NCBI GenBank assembly: GCA_050230475.1
Contig: JBFLGF010000207.1
Span: 1-59,331 of the forward strand
DNA length: 59,331 nt
Direction: 5' to 3'
Origin: Ancylonema sp.
Taxonomy: Eukaryota
Positions 1 through 13,045 of the stretch are shown here, piece by piece. Both the position numbers and the translations under genes were made by a program. A model generated the notes under the pieces. That model saw only the letters and a program-made list of their open reading frames with translations, ran no database searches and was not told the origin of the DNA. Position 1 is the first letter of the stretch; the number at the start of each line of letters is the position of its first letter.

Positions 1-349
1 CTCGTAAACATGACGTCAATCTTACATTCTCAACGCTGCAATGCTCGGCTGCGGAACTGCTGGAATTATTTGAGTCAAAGCTTTTGCAGCCGCACGTGGT
101 AACACGCTCTACAGCGCCCTGCATGGTTGTGCGCGACACTGAAAGCACGGGCATGGCGTACACGTGTACGTTACGAATGGTCGCACGTGCATTACGAGTG
201 CCAGCTCAGTCGGCAGCAAAGTGGCTCAAAAAAGTGGCTCAGAACGGCAGTCCGATCAGGCGCCTGACATAAGTTCTCCTCGCTTTGACTGTCATGCCAG
301 TTAAGTGCAATCAATATCCGCACGATACTGCATACCGCTGTCATAGAAT

Positions 350-2758
350 ATGTCCGAGTTGAGAAAGGACCCCATCGTTGGACGCTGGATTATCATATCC
401 AAAGCACGTGGGAATAAACCCCGTGATTTCGTGAAGTGAGTGCCAAATACTCCCTAAGCTGTGCCTTCGTTTGATCTTGAGTCGAAATCTCGTCGATTTC
501 AATGAAGTCTGATGAGGCTAGTCAGTGCTTGTCTTCTTCCCCGGTGTGGTATTTCTATTTACTTCAAGAGTGCTTTTGCTTATGTTCGCAAACGTTTGTT
601 TTGTTTTCCAAGTCTTTTTTTTTTTGCAGTGCTGATAGTTGACGCCGGTAGCTTTTACCGTCCCTCTCTTAAAACGCAGCCGCCCCGTTTGTAATGTAGG
701 CGTACTGCGGCTGTTCTGATTTTAATTCTCCACATTTATACAATTTTATCTGAAATCAACTCAACTCTCGCTCTTTTTAAACGGATCGAGTGCATTAAGG
801 TTCACACATCAGATGCAGTACCGGCATGTGCTTTCGCCGGGCCACTATTCCCAAACGTCAGCTTTTCATGCTGATCTGGTTTCAGTCGCTCTGCAGGGGC
901 GAAAAAGTCACTCAGAAGCCTGGCCCGTGCAATTTCTGTCCCGGCCACGAGGAAAGCACAGGACCAGAGTTGATTGCTTACAGGGACCATGGGGAGCCAA
1001 ACTCTGCAACATGGCGTACGCGCGTCGTCAACAACCTGTACCCGGCTGCCTCAACCAGTATCGAATTCGAGCCATTCCCAGGCTCTAACATGTGAGCCGA
1101 TCTCCTCATTGGTCCGTCTGAGCTGTATCGGCACATCTGAGTGCACAAGGTCTCTGTTGCGCCAGGCGCAGCGACGCTGCTGTGTACGAAGGGTGCCACA
1201 TGCCGGCCTTCGGAGCTCATGAGGTGGTGGTGGAGACTACGGACTACGAGGTGCGCCATCTGCCTTCATGTCCCCTCCTGCTGTTCAGGCATAGTATAAG
1301 ATTATAAGATTATAAGATTATAAGATTATAAGATTATAAGATTATAAGATTATAAGATTATAAGATTATAAGATTATAAGATTATAAGATTGTAAGATTA
1401 TAAGATTATGAGATTATGAGATTATGAGATTATGAGATTATGAGATTATGAGATGATAAGATTATAAGATCATAAGATTATAAGATTATAAGATTATAAG
1501 ATTATAAGATTATAGGACATTGGATGAGTCTGGCCGAGGGGAGTGTGGCGTGGGGCAAAAGTTCTTACAAGCCCCTTGCTCGTGCACATCATCCAGACCT
1601 CACAGCCTCATCTGACGGAGGAGCAGATAGCGGACACCTTTAGAGCATACCGCGATCGCATCCGCCACTTCTGCAAAGACCCGCGCTTCAAGTCGGTCCA
1701 GGTGTTCAAGAACCACGGCAACGCTGCTGGGGCTTCCATGGGCCACTCCCACTCGCAGCTGGTCGCCCTCCCTGTCATCATGCAGCGGGTGGAGGAGGAG
1801 GTGGAGGGAGCCAAGAAGTACTTCGATCGCCGCGGCGGCCGGTGTGTGTTCTGCGACGCTGTAGAGCATGAGAGGGAGGAGGGCGAGCACCGGCTGATCG
1901 ACGAGTCGAAGCTGTTCGTGTCGCTGGCTCCGTATGCGCCGCGCTTCCCGTATGAAACTTGGTGAGGGAGAGGAGGGCGAGGGAGGGAGGGGGGGGTTGG
2001 ATGCTGATAGCTGATGGCTCCCCATGGGTGTATCAGGATCATCCCCAAGTCGCATCAATCCAACTTCGAAGAGGCATCAGACGAAGAGGTATGAGTGCAC
2101 CCTCTCCCGCATAGGAAAGCATCCGGGACAACAACTCTGCCTCCTTCCTTCTTTTGGCCCGATGCAGCTCAAGGATGTTGCCATCATCTTGAAGCGCACC
2201 CTGCTGAAATTCAATAAAGCTTTCGATCATCCGCCGTACAACTACATGCTACACACCGCGGCGCTACAGGTAGACGTTGGGGAGGTTTTCTTGTCGTAGC
2301 CTCAGGGATTCAGTCGTAGTCGCATAGTCGCATAGTCGCATAGTCGCATAGTCTCATAGTCGCATAGTCGCATAGTCGCATAGTCGCATAGTCGCATAAT
2401 CGCATAGTCGCATAGTCGCATAGTCGCATAGTCGCATAGTCGCATAGTCGCATAGTCGCATAGTCGCATAGTCGCATAGTCGCATAGTCGCATAGTCGCA
2501 TAGCCACAAGGCCATTTTTTTTTGGATTCAGTCGGTTCCGAGGTGCGTGTGAATGAACTCGATGCATTGCGCACATGGCAATGACATTATTCTCGGTGGG
2601 AGCAGAGCCCCGAGGGCGGTTACCCTCACTACCATTGGAGCCTGCGCCTTGTACCACATTTGGTGGAGTTGGGGGGGTTCGAACTGGGAAGTGGGTGTCA
2701 CTTGAACTCCGTGGCACCAGAAGAGGGTGCGAAACTGCTGCGAGAAATTGAGCTATAA
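350..2758 (+). CDS. GalT-like ADP-glucose phosphorylase (galactose-1-phosphate uridylyltransferase/HIT superfamily), 7 exons
   Basis: Exons 350-435, 897-1091, 1172-1250, 1606-1961, 2037-2088, 2168-2269 and 2606-2758 join in phase with GT-AG introns. The protein reads [16 protein letters not shown]...CNFCPGHE...RVVNNLYPA...[10 protein letters not shown]...[19 protein letters not shown] (catalytic HxHxQ)...CVFCD...PPYNYMLHT...[12 protein letters not shown]...LREIEL*. Confidence 0.93.
1295..1515. repeat. 8-bp minisatellite (ATTATAAG)n with an ATTATGAG variant block, in intron 3 of the GalT-like gene
   Basis: Directly visible tandem array. Confidence 0.97.
2311..2504. repeat. 8-bp minisatellite (CATAGTCG)n in intron 6 of the GalT-like gene
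   Basis: Directly visible tandem array; it produces the spurious YATMRLCD ORFs. Confidence 0.97.
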
Positions 2759-4205
2759 GATGGTGGTAGTTTGTACATATGTTTTTCCAATGCTACGCGC
2801 TGTTGTGATGCCATGTGTATTTTTCCGTACTCCGTAGAACGAAGAATGATTGCATGAATAATGACTCTTAAAACTCATGTTATTTTTTGTGTAATGTTAT
2901 TCGAGACTCTAAGATATACAGAAGGTCTTTAAGAATTTAGTGAATGTATGCGCATATCTTTTTTTGAAAAGGTTGACTTACATGGTTGACTCAGCAAGCC
3001 ATTGGAAGATACAATTTCCTCAAATCGATCTATCGCCCTAGTTGACTATGCACCTCTCATCTTCGAAATTGCGGTTGATGTTTACACAATATATGCATAA
3101 CATATTCCGTGCCTAGGATTACGTCCCTACCTCCCACACGGCTGATTGGCGCATTACCAGGGTGGGGTATGGGGAACGAAATTTGGACTTAGTGGACATA
3201 GTTGCACAAAGTGTACTCGCCATTTTCGGATATGTTACGTGCAAAACCTGGCATTTGTCTATGACAAGACTACTGATTTACGTTTGGCATGTCTGATATG
3301 CTAGTGAGGTGTTGGCGGTGGCCATTAGTTGTATCGCATGTGTGGGAATGTGGATCTGGATTATATCATTTAGCACGTGTGGGCGGCCACGTGTGTATCG
3401 AAGTAGTGTTTGGCGCGTGTGCGGTGCATTCAACGATGATGTTTGTTAGAACGATAGTGAGACACGTGTGAGGATGACACGATGTTAAGCCTCCTGACAG
3501 TCATCTGATACTGCAGGGCAAACATAGTTCAATGCACCGTGTTAAGTCTGCTGACAGTATCCTGGTCCATCAGCTTCCTGGCCATCTGCAGTTTTCGCTT
3601 CAGCTTCAGCCAGGTTTTTCAAAATTTGAATGAGAGTAGACGCGTGTCGGATGGAACTTCCTGGTCGGTGGCGTACAAATTGACCGTGATTAAAACCCGA
3701 CAATATTAGCCTATTAGCCTCACATGACTAAAATGGTGCATCGCAAAAAATTGGTTTGGTTCAAAATGGAAATCACATGGGCGCGTTCAGAGCAACAATT
3801 TGTCCTGTCTTGCCGTCTTGCCGTCTTGCCGGCCGATTAGATCTTCTTGTTCATACGTCGTCCACTTGTCGCGGGCTATGGAAATAGGCAAAATTCTGCT
3901 TGTCCGTATCACGTTCCGGCTGTCGGTCTCGTCTTTTAGGGCTGTTCCGTACGTATAATTCTACTTTCCGGGGATTTCAGTTACTCAGGTAGGTTTTCCC
4001 GACTGAGATGTGCGCAAGAGTGTCTGTAAAGTGCAGTCAGCTTCTGACACTGCAAGCGCTCAGAGAGCGAAGTTTCCACCTTCATCACCAGGACGCCACC
4101 ATCTACTCTGAGGCCAGCTCGTATTTTATCTGATAACATCTCGGTTTCAGCGATTCTCCTGTATCGAACGACCGCTTCCCATTATACTTCCAGAATAAAA
4201 GCTCC

Positions 4206-5618
4206 ATGGCCATCCCTTCGCAGAGTTCAAAACCAATGGTCACATCTTTGCCAACCCGGCGCATCGACATACAGCTTCATAATGCTCGAGGCATAAGGAA
4301 TACCAAATCCCGAAGGCAAAATGTCCCTCAAAGCCCATTCGTACGCTTGGCAATTATGGGGCCGGGCAACCCTCTCGCGCATGCTCAAAAGTCTCCTATT
4401 GCTCACAATCAGGGTGTTAATCCCACGTGGGACATGGCGTTCTCCTTCACCATCGATTACTACTTCATATCGGAATCCGAGCGTAGCGACACAGTTCGTT
4501 TGTCCGTCACGGTTCTTGCCACGAACAAGTACTTCCCGACCTGGCACATCGGGCAGGCGACGATCCCTCTCGCAAAGCTGCTACAGTTACAATCGAGCGA
4601 ATGCACCAGCTACCCCCTAACCAATTGCGCCAGCGAGTGCCTAGGATGCTCCGCCGACCGGGGGGCAGTGAACCTCTCCATCAGCATCGGCCCTGTCGTA
4701 ACGGTTCCGCTTCCTTCCAAGTATTACAGCGGGGACCATCTCGATACCAGGCATTATCCTTCTGGCACGGGGTCGGAAGGAGGTTCTGATGCGCTTGCAG
4801 GCATAGCTCTTGGATTTGCCATGAGGTAAATGCAAACTATGTTACCATACGAGTCACAAGAAAGATGCCGAAATCACCTCGGCTGCCTCTTCTATTTAGT
4901 TTACTTGAATTTTCTTCTACGATGTTGTTAGAAAGATTGCAGCAAACACAGCCTGCGCCTAGTCGTCCATATGAGACCGCGTTTTTAGAGTGTATTCAAT
5001 GCTACGCGTCGTTCATGTCGTTCGTTCATGTTTGTGTGCAGGGAGTCCCTCCACGCCCTAACTCTTTACATCTTCCTGACTGGCGTAGCCGAATGTGAAT
5101 GTAGCATGTGGCGCGTGTAGCAATATGGTCCTTCACTAATTCCTGTGTGGCATTTCTTCTCGTCCCCCTCATAACCAAGATTCGCATACTGCAATTCTGC
5201 AATTTTATGAGTTTTGAACCAAGTTGTTGCTAACTCGATAGTACGAGGCTGCTTCACTCTGTCCTCTCCATCACGCTAGAGTCTCATTGGAGGCTGGCTC
5301 CTAAGGTGTCAAAGGGTCGTAACGATGATGTTGACAAGATTGACATTGAACTCAGTCGTGTAATCGTCGGGTATGATGGTGGTAAGGCTACCTGCCAAGG
5401 AATTCTATGGAGACAGTGATCAAATCAAATGCAGTGAGTCGGTACAAAACGTACGCCGTACGAGTTGTATCGTGATCATCATTATGGTGCCATTTATTTT
5501 ATTTTTTAAATACTCATGGTGCCGTTTTATTTTCTTTCCCTTGACATCCAGTAAGCTTAACGGTGGATATGCAAGCGGCGGTTGTGGAGGTGGTTGTGGG
5601 GGCGGCTGTGGAGGCTGA
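4206..5618 (+). CDS. C2-domain protein (SRC2/BAP-like) with Gly/Cys-rich C-terminus, 2 exons
   Basis: Exon 1 (4206-4825) has C2 motifs (IDIQLHNARGI, SPFVRL, GVNPTWDMAFSF, IGQATIPL) and ends AG|gtaaat. Exon 2 (5552-5618) follows a pyrimidine tract and ccag, is in phase, and encodes SKLNGGYASGGCGGGCGGGCGG*. Confidence 0.8.
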
Positions 5619-6360
5619 TCCAGAGAAGTGGCACATTGTTTATTCACATGTATATATTTACTTAAAATGGACGTTCGAGATGTGATGCGGATTCGTGTAG
5701 GTGTTTCCGCTCGCAGTCAGTTTTGGTGCTTGTGATTTATATGTGGTTATTTAAAGCTTCGTATTGTGTATGACACTGAGGTAACTAGAAACATAATGCA
5801 TATGTTGTTTCATATTTGGAGCGTGCGAGGTGTGTCTACTGCGTGTTTTGAGCAAGTCTCGAATGTAAATAGAGAATTTACACACAATTAATATTCCATT
5901 TCATAGGTGTACATTTAGTGGTTCGCTATGACAAGAGTAACTTGGCTTTTTTTGGTGATCCATCAACCATGGCGGTCTTGTTAGATCATTTTTGACAATG
6001 ACGAAAAACATGTGTGTTGGTCATCGCACTTGTGTACAATTGCGTCCAATTTTTAAGCGGCTTGAAACAGTCAGTATAACAAGAATATCAATATACTCGA
6101 AAGAAGTCGAAAGCTTTGTATTGGTGCGAGGATATGGAATCGGATGTTCAAAGTTCATCCAATTGCCAATAATATTTTGGTAAAAATACCGGTAAATTAT
6201 GTTATTTATTGCTTTGCTCCTTGTCCCATCCTAAAAAACTTGTTGAAAGAATATATGTGGTTGAAATGAACTGTGTGTATTTACTAGGCGTGTAAAACGT
6301 CGTATGTATGTCATGCATATATTTTGTCATCACATAACATCATACTTTTTGCCTGGTATA

Positions 6361-7123
6361 CATAGTGGCATGACAAGGCACCTGGACCCTCCGATACGCC
6401 GTATCCGATTCGGCGAATCGGCGATACGGCCCCATACGTCATATTTTTTCGAGTGTGCCCCAATACGCATATCGGTGTCCGATACGATACAACACGATAA
6501 GCCCCGTGTCCCTTTCCCGCGTCTGTAAATAAAATGGGCAAAACATTTTTTTTGGCAAAAGTGAGCAACAAAATTCAACCATCAATAGCGATGTCGTTCA
6601 TTGTCACGTTTTTTTTTTAAATACACAAACCTCATTCACACAAGTTTGGGAGGAGAGGCGTATCGCGTGTTCAATACGATACACATATCGGCACAAAACA
6701 ATACCGGGCCATATTGAAAACCCAATACGGGGCGGAAATCGATGATCCTGTTGAGTGTGTAATGCTAAGTGTGGCGCGTTCCCAACCACTGTCAGCATTG
6801 CCGCCCGGGTTCCTAGATTTGCCGGTACTCGATATATCTTGCTTAACCCCGTTCGCTTCAAGCTGACTCCTCATTGGTCAGCTTAGTGCCGCCGCCGCAT
6901 AGACGTCAGCCTCCGCCTCGTCTATGCCTTATCCTAGCAAGCTTCTTATCCTTTGTACTCCTTCAGAGATAACTAATACTTCTCAGTGATCTATTCGTGT
7001 ACATGAGCATGCTGTGAATGATGCATAGCCATAACAAGTGAAACAATCAACATTACAAGAATGTCGATTCAACAGATCCGCCGTATTGTATTGAAGACGT
7101 TGCAAGTGTACTGTGCAACTATG
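6361..7123. mobile_element. Non-autonomous hAT-like MITE (CGATAC-rich family), interrupted by a solo LTR
   Basis: Ends are CATAGTGGCA... and ...GTGCAACTATG (imperfect TIR). The body aligns by eye with 48042-48490 on both sides of the LTR insertion. No target-site duplication is recognisable. Confidence 0.7.
6749..7074. mobile_element. Solo LTR (326 bp)
   Basis: Starts TGTTGA and ends TCAACA; flanked by an exact 5-bp duplication GATCC at 6744-6748 and 7075-7079. Confidence 0.88.
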
Positions 7124-8241
7124 CTTACATCTATTCATCCGTTCATGAATTCTTTACACAAACTGCATGCATACGAAGTCCTTGTGATGTATAACGAGGT
7201 GCCAATCACTTCGCATCGGGACCTAGTCTATTTTTAGGCTGGGCTGAGACTGACAATCCCATCAGACTATCTATTCAGGATTGCTCAAGACCTAGTCCGC
7301 GAATTTAAGCTTTTAGTCTAAATCTACTCCCTGGTCCAGTTTTCCTATCCCACACAACCATGGGGGCATCTTCTTGTCAGATCCAGATTGAGAAAAGTCC
7401 ACCCTTCTAAAAAAGGTTGATCCAAAATAAACAACTAGTGTCGTGATTTTTTTATTTTTTTATTGGCAACTCGACTCGTTCTAGTGACAATATCCCACTC
7501 CACATCCTTCCTAAACACGTGTCGAGTCCAAATCGGCACGTGTTCAATTCTGACAACCTTACACACGTTTATGTCTCACACGTGCACAAACACAACCCGC
7601 ACGTGTGGATTTCGGTCAATCTTGTGCACACTTGTTTCTTGCACGTGCCTAGTCTAAATCGTCAAAAGCGCCCAGCCCATGCACTCTTAGTCGATAAGAT
7701 TTGACTGATACTCGGTGTTCTCACATAATAATATAATTTGCATCAATGAGTCGTAGCAAATGTGACCATAGAATGTATGGCGTGAACTCGGCATTGCGAA
7801 CAATCATCGCTAAATACTCGATAATACTCGATACTCGATAAGTGAAAATAATGTGATCTCATGAATGGCACGAGATGCTGATTTCAAGGTGTAGTCATTG
7901 TAAAATTCAGCCCAACATGTGTGCTAACCTAACAAGTTTCTTACCTCACAATTTTTTTTTTAAAAAAAAACGTACAACTTCGACCATGTTTCAACGGAGG
8001 CAAGACCAGGAATAAATGGTATTACTGTGCTCAAGTACAAGCATGACGACACCAAGAGGGAGTGGAATGTGCCTTGTCCAATAAATTCAAAAAGGAAAAC
8101 CTCGATCATTGTGATAAAGATATGCCATCATATTTCTAGCCTTCTTATAATACAAGCATAGATCTACCATGGATGAATGTGGGATAACAGACTATGCAAT
8201 AACAATTTCATATCTAGAAATTTCTCCACAAATGCTTCCAT

Positions 8242-11001
8242 TTATTCTGCTTTCATCGTTGGCGCTTCACCGCCTTGCGGCATTTTTACCACAGCCACCG
8301 GGCATGGACTGCAAAAGAGAAAAAGGTGAAAAAGACGTGAACGTATTAGCACCGTCATTCTCTATTATCATAAATGATGTTTTTCAATGAGGAAGCGGTG
8401 CAACAAACACACACACACACGTCAACCCTTCACAAACCTCCATCTCTTGTCAACAAAAGAAATAGAGGTATTTGACGTATAACTAATATTTATCATAATT
8501 AATATTTTTCATCCACATCATCAACTCCAGAGCTCGCAGCAACGAAGGTGATGTGGCAAATTGATCAATTTCCAGTTTTTGTTCAGGGTGATGCCATCGG
8601 ATAAGAGCAAGAAATAAAAATGATTCAAAATGCAAATAAATGTTAACAATCATACTAGTATAGCAAAAAGGGCACAACCAACCCTCACCTGTTGTGTACC
8701 AAGTAGTCACTCACACTGCCCACCACCGCCCTGCGTCCAATCACACGCCATTCACAGAAACACCTCCGTGACTTCGGCATTCTTTGCACCTCGTGGGTAG
8801 ATTCGCCACCATCTTGTTTGGCATTCAGCACTTATTGTTATCAGTATTATCATCATCTGTATTATGATATTATATATATGTATATGTATATATATATATA
8901 NATGTCGTGCTTGATCGCGTAGTGGCGAATTAGCGATGTATTAGTTCTGAGTTGCCATTCGCGGTTTCCTAGTTCGTATCGATCATTTTGATGTTTTGGA
9001 TTTATATAAATCGATGGAGATCGATACGAGTAGTTACTAAATCATACATGAATCAGAATAGTTGGAATGGAGCGGATACCGTTCGACTGATCCTAAGTTC
9101 ATTTCATTTAGACTTGTCAAAGTCAATGTTATGTCAACAAGGAAGTTTTCGAAACTCCTCAAATCGTGTATTAAATATGGGATTTTGGGTCGCAGAAACC
9201 CCCACACCATACCACTCATCTTTTGGGAAGTTAAGGTGTTAAGCATGTGGCACTCAAAATTCCATCACGGCCGCGTGGTCTTGTATCATGTCTCGCAACA
9301 CTCTCACTGTCTTATACACGACGAAATATGAAACTTTTCTTTCATATGTAAACATTTCACACGAATCTCGACGTGTGGACATACAAAGAAGAAAAGCACA
9401 TCGTTTATCTCTTTGTCGTGTCATGAGAATCTCACCCACACAGTTTATGTGCAACTCCAAACAACCCTTACAATGAGAACCTTTCTTACACTCTATACAG
9501 AGGGCAAGGAGGTAAGAAGGAAAGAAAGTCCCAGGACAATGTCGAATGTGTGCGGTTTGGGCGACTTTCCACACATTCGGTGATTGTTCCATTCGCTTGC
9601 AACTTCGATCACACTTGGACATCGATGCGTGTTTCAAACAATGTCGACATGAGTGTGCGGTTGTGGTAGTCTTCATGTTTTTATTCAAGAATTCGAGCAA
9701 ATGAACTAGGGCTTGTAGGTACAACCTTTGAGTCTTGCTAGGGACAGTCGGCAAATACGAATGCACTCGAACAATGTTGACCTTCGTATACACAAAGCTC
9801 AACATTTCAACACTTCATCCACCAAACAAGTTACATAAAGAAGTCGAAAATTTAAATATTGTGTGAAACACCTACGCATCAAACCGATAGCTCGGCTTTT
9901 TGTACAAACCCACAATTAAATTTGTGAAAAAAAAACTATTTTGGTTTGGGATGTCATCACCCCAAACCCCAACTCCCCACTCCCATCTACCACAAGACAT
10001 CATTTCGCATGATTGCTCCTACCTTGCATCAAGAAATCTACCAAACTTTGCTCTCCCATCCTTTTTTGGTCTCCATTTAAATAACGTTCCTCCTCGCCTT
10101 GACCCATCGCCACATCCCCTTCTTTCCCACCAACTAGACCCCCCCCTCTATCCCCTTGTCCCTCTTCTCCTTCTCCACTATGCGACCGCCTTTCTTCTAC
10201 ACCTACACCCTCATCCCCATTCCAACCCTCTTCCACCATATCCATATCCTCCTCTCCTCTTCTGCAGCCCCTCACCTCCCCTTCCCCACTCGCATCTCCC
10301 TCCCACTCCCCCTCCTTGTCTCCACCACCTCCCCTCCCACCACCAGGATGGTGATCCTCCCTTCTGAACCCACTCCCCTCCCCTCTCTCAATGTTCCTCC
10401 TCCCCTCCCCCACCCCCGCCCCCGCCCCCGCCCCCGCCCCCGCCCCAGCTGCCTCGTGGTCCTCCTCATGGTCCCACACGGGGCTCACTCTCTTCAAATT
10501 CTTCACTTTTCGAAACTCGTCGTAATGCTTTTTGCGGTGCTCCCGGAAGTGCGACTTGCTCCTCACTTCCGAATCGCTGCTCCCTAATTGGTCCGACTCC
10601 TCCGTACAGCTCCCCTCGAAGTGCACCCCCTCCTTGCCCTTGCGGTGCGGGTCCCGCCCCGCTCCACCCCCGGACGAATTAGATTCTGCCACGTGGCACC
10701 CACGTGAGCGTGTATCAACTAAGGAAGGGAGGCTTTCAGGCCAGTGGAATCATAAGGGATGGTTTATGGCAAGTGTGTACAGATCAGCACCGACACTTAT
10801 GGAGTGTGGGATCTCCAGAATCCCAACTCTAGACTCTGCCCCTCCCCTCCATTCGCATCATACGCGAAAAGCACTTGATCCTCTCTCGCAACCTTGCCTG
10901 GCGCATAGTTGGAAAGTGTAAAAGAGCGTGGCAAATGAAGAGGACACCTTCATACACATGTATGAACGAATGCATATATGTCTATATATATACATACATA
11001 C

Positions 11002-11056
<55 letters not shown>

Positions 11057-13045
11057 TATATATATATATNAGAGTGAATATTTTGGCTCCCAATCATTTC
11101 TGGGATCTCTAACTTTGTCAATAGACCTCCACATGAATATGAGGATAGAAGTATTTCTAATATCCACATACCTACGATCTCCCCGTACGTTAATATGGGA
11201 CCTTTTCCCGCACTTTGACGTGATATAAGCACATGTTGCTTGTATCACCCCAACCCCCCCCCTTATCCTCACAAACAACCTTTCCACCACCCATCTCACT
11301 CCACACAGTGACCTCTGACATGAACATACTGAACCATATTTTGTTACAACATCCAGCCCCCTACATCCTCTCCACCACCACACTCCTCGCCCAACCGTTA
11401 CTTCAACCCTCACCCTCACCCAAACCCTAATCCCGATCTCAACCCCATCCTCCTTCCAACCCTACCCCACATTCTAGGGATCTAGGGATCTAGGGATCTA
11501 GGGATCTAGGGATCTAGTGATTTTGTCAAAAAAAAATAAAAAAATTTGGCGAGCTGCATTTCATCTGAATCGCCAGCTATACAAACACAAACAGGATCCC
11601 TTTCACGTGCAGAGCGGGGAATGGATGCATGTGTGGGTACATGCATACGTAAAAATATAAAGAGAATACTTACGAGTACTTACTAATAATATTGCCATCC
11701 TCTGACAAAAAACTCATTTTAATAAAATTATCAATAGAAGCACGCAGCCTCTAGTACCTTATGATGACGCCGTGCCCATGGCTGCCAACGACAATGACGT
11801 CAGCTGATATCCGCTTTGCTTCTTCGCAGATGTGGATTCCAGGATCGCCTATAACGACAGCACCACAATGCCACAATACGCAATTTGGATCTCCTCAGAG
11901 ACATAAATGAAGGAGATGTGAGTCCGAAGATGTAAGCTACAAAAAAACAGTAGATGGATGTGTGCTCTATGCGAAACGCAGAAACAGGCGCAGTGAGACG
12001 TCTTTCCACGCAAGTATGCATTCTATATCGACCTTTCTTTTTCTTGTCGTTGTATGCCTGTGATCTGTGATGTCACCAGCACACAAGAGAGACAAGAGGG
12101 ATAAAAAGAAATAGGGAGAGACCCTCATATTGTTGCATTGAAAACTCACCTTTCACTATTTCACCCTCGCTTGAGATCTGCACAGTTCTCACATAAAACG
12201 GAGACTCATATTATGCATACATGTATGCTGGATATGCACACATGTATGCTGGATGTGCACACATGTATGCCACAATAGACTCGTCATGCGTGGCAACAGA
12301 TGTGTCCTCTCATGGCATTTGGTGAGATTCTCTCAGAATCCACCGACAAGGAGTGTGGCATCTCTGGATTCGGTTGCATCCACGTGTCAGATTATTATGG
12401 TTGATCTCAATCAAATCACACCGGTTCACACCAAACGCGGTGATTTGTTCAGCCCACCCACCTTTACTGCAGCGCATTGCTTCATGTACTTATCTACCAA
12501 CACTTTGGCCGAGTCGCTCAGTTTCCTCTCTTCATCCACATCTGTGATCAAACATGCCGGAACAGCAGCCTCGCCTGCGTGAAATACTGATGATCAGGGG
12601 ATTCCTTACCAAAAATTATTAATAATCAGGGGATTCCTCAATAAGAAATGTTTACACCAGACTCCCTATCTCCATCACAGGACTAAAATATCATCCCAAA
12701 AAAACTCGCAGAAGAACTTCCCAAAACAAAGGCCACGGCCTGTTGCCTACGTATTTCATGTATTGGTTTATTTTTATATTGGTACAGTACGTTGCAGAAG
12801 AGGGTACAACCTCCCTGTCAATCTCCTTTCATGACAGTAAAGCATGGAAATAATAGTTGAGGGCTGGGATGTGTACCGCTGGAGGCGATGTCTATTGCAC
12901 TCAGGCCATCACCAGTAGCCACTGCTTGCGAATTGAGAATCAGTACCCGATCCGTTTCTCGCAGGAAATTAGTGAGCGCCCACGTGAATGAGTATGCGGA
13001 CGTTTCTGTCTCATCCACAGCAACAATCACGCGTCTTTCAGCCAT
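8242..13045 (-). CDS. Universal stress protein A-like (USP domain), 6 exons
   Basis: Exons 13045-12877, 12574-12462, 12177-12150, 11848-11758, 8730-8689 and 8308-8242 are all GT-AG and in phase: MAERRVIVAVDETETSAYSFTWAL...EGEIVKGDPGIHICEEAKRISADVIVVGSHGHGVIIRAVVGSVSDYLVHNSPCPVAVVK. This carries the USP G-2x-G-9x-G-S motif. Confidence 0.92.
10000..10685 (-). CDS. Protein phosphatase inhibitor-2 (IPP-2)-like C-terminal exon; 5' exons not found
   Basis: Contains HFREHRKKHYDEFRKVK, matching the plant inhibitor-2 FxEHRKxHYDEF motif, followed by an acidic/Gly-rich tail. A plausible acceptor (gtggcag) lies near 10686. The N-terminal VKWDE and EPKTPY motifs are not seen. Confidence 0.7.
11474..11517. 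repeat. 8-bp minisatellite (CTAGGGAT)n in USP intron 4
   Basis: Directly visible tandem array. Confidence 0.9.

Noticed and set aside
2302..2717. Minus-strand ORFs of (YATMRLCD)n
   Set aside because: They are translations of the 8-bp intronic repeat, antisense to the GalT-like gene.
7500..7650. Cluster of CACGTG (G-box-like) palindromes
   Set aside because: CACGTG is frequent across the whole window, including introns and repeats, so no specific regulatory role can be supported.
9254..9805. 183-aa Cys-rich minus-strand ORF, possibly a transposase or zinc-finger relic
   Set aside because: No motif spacing or family could be recognised; a profile search would be needed.
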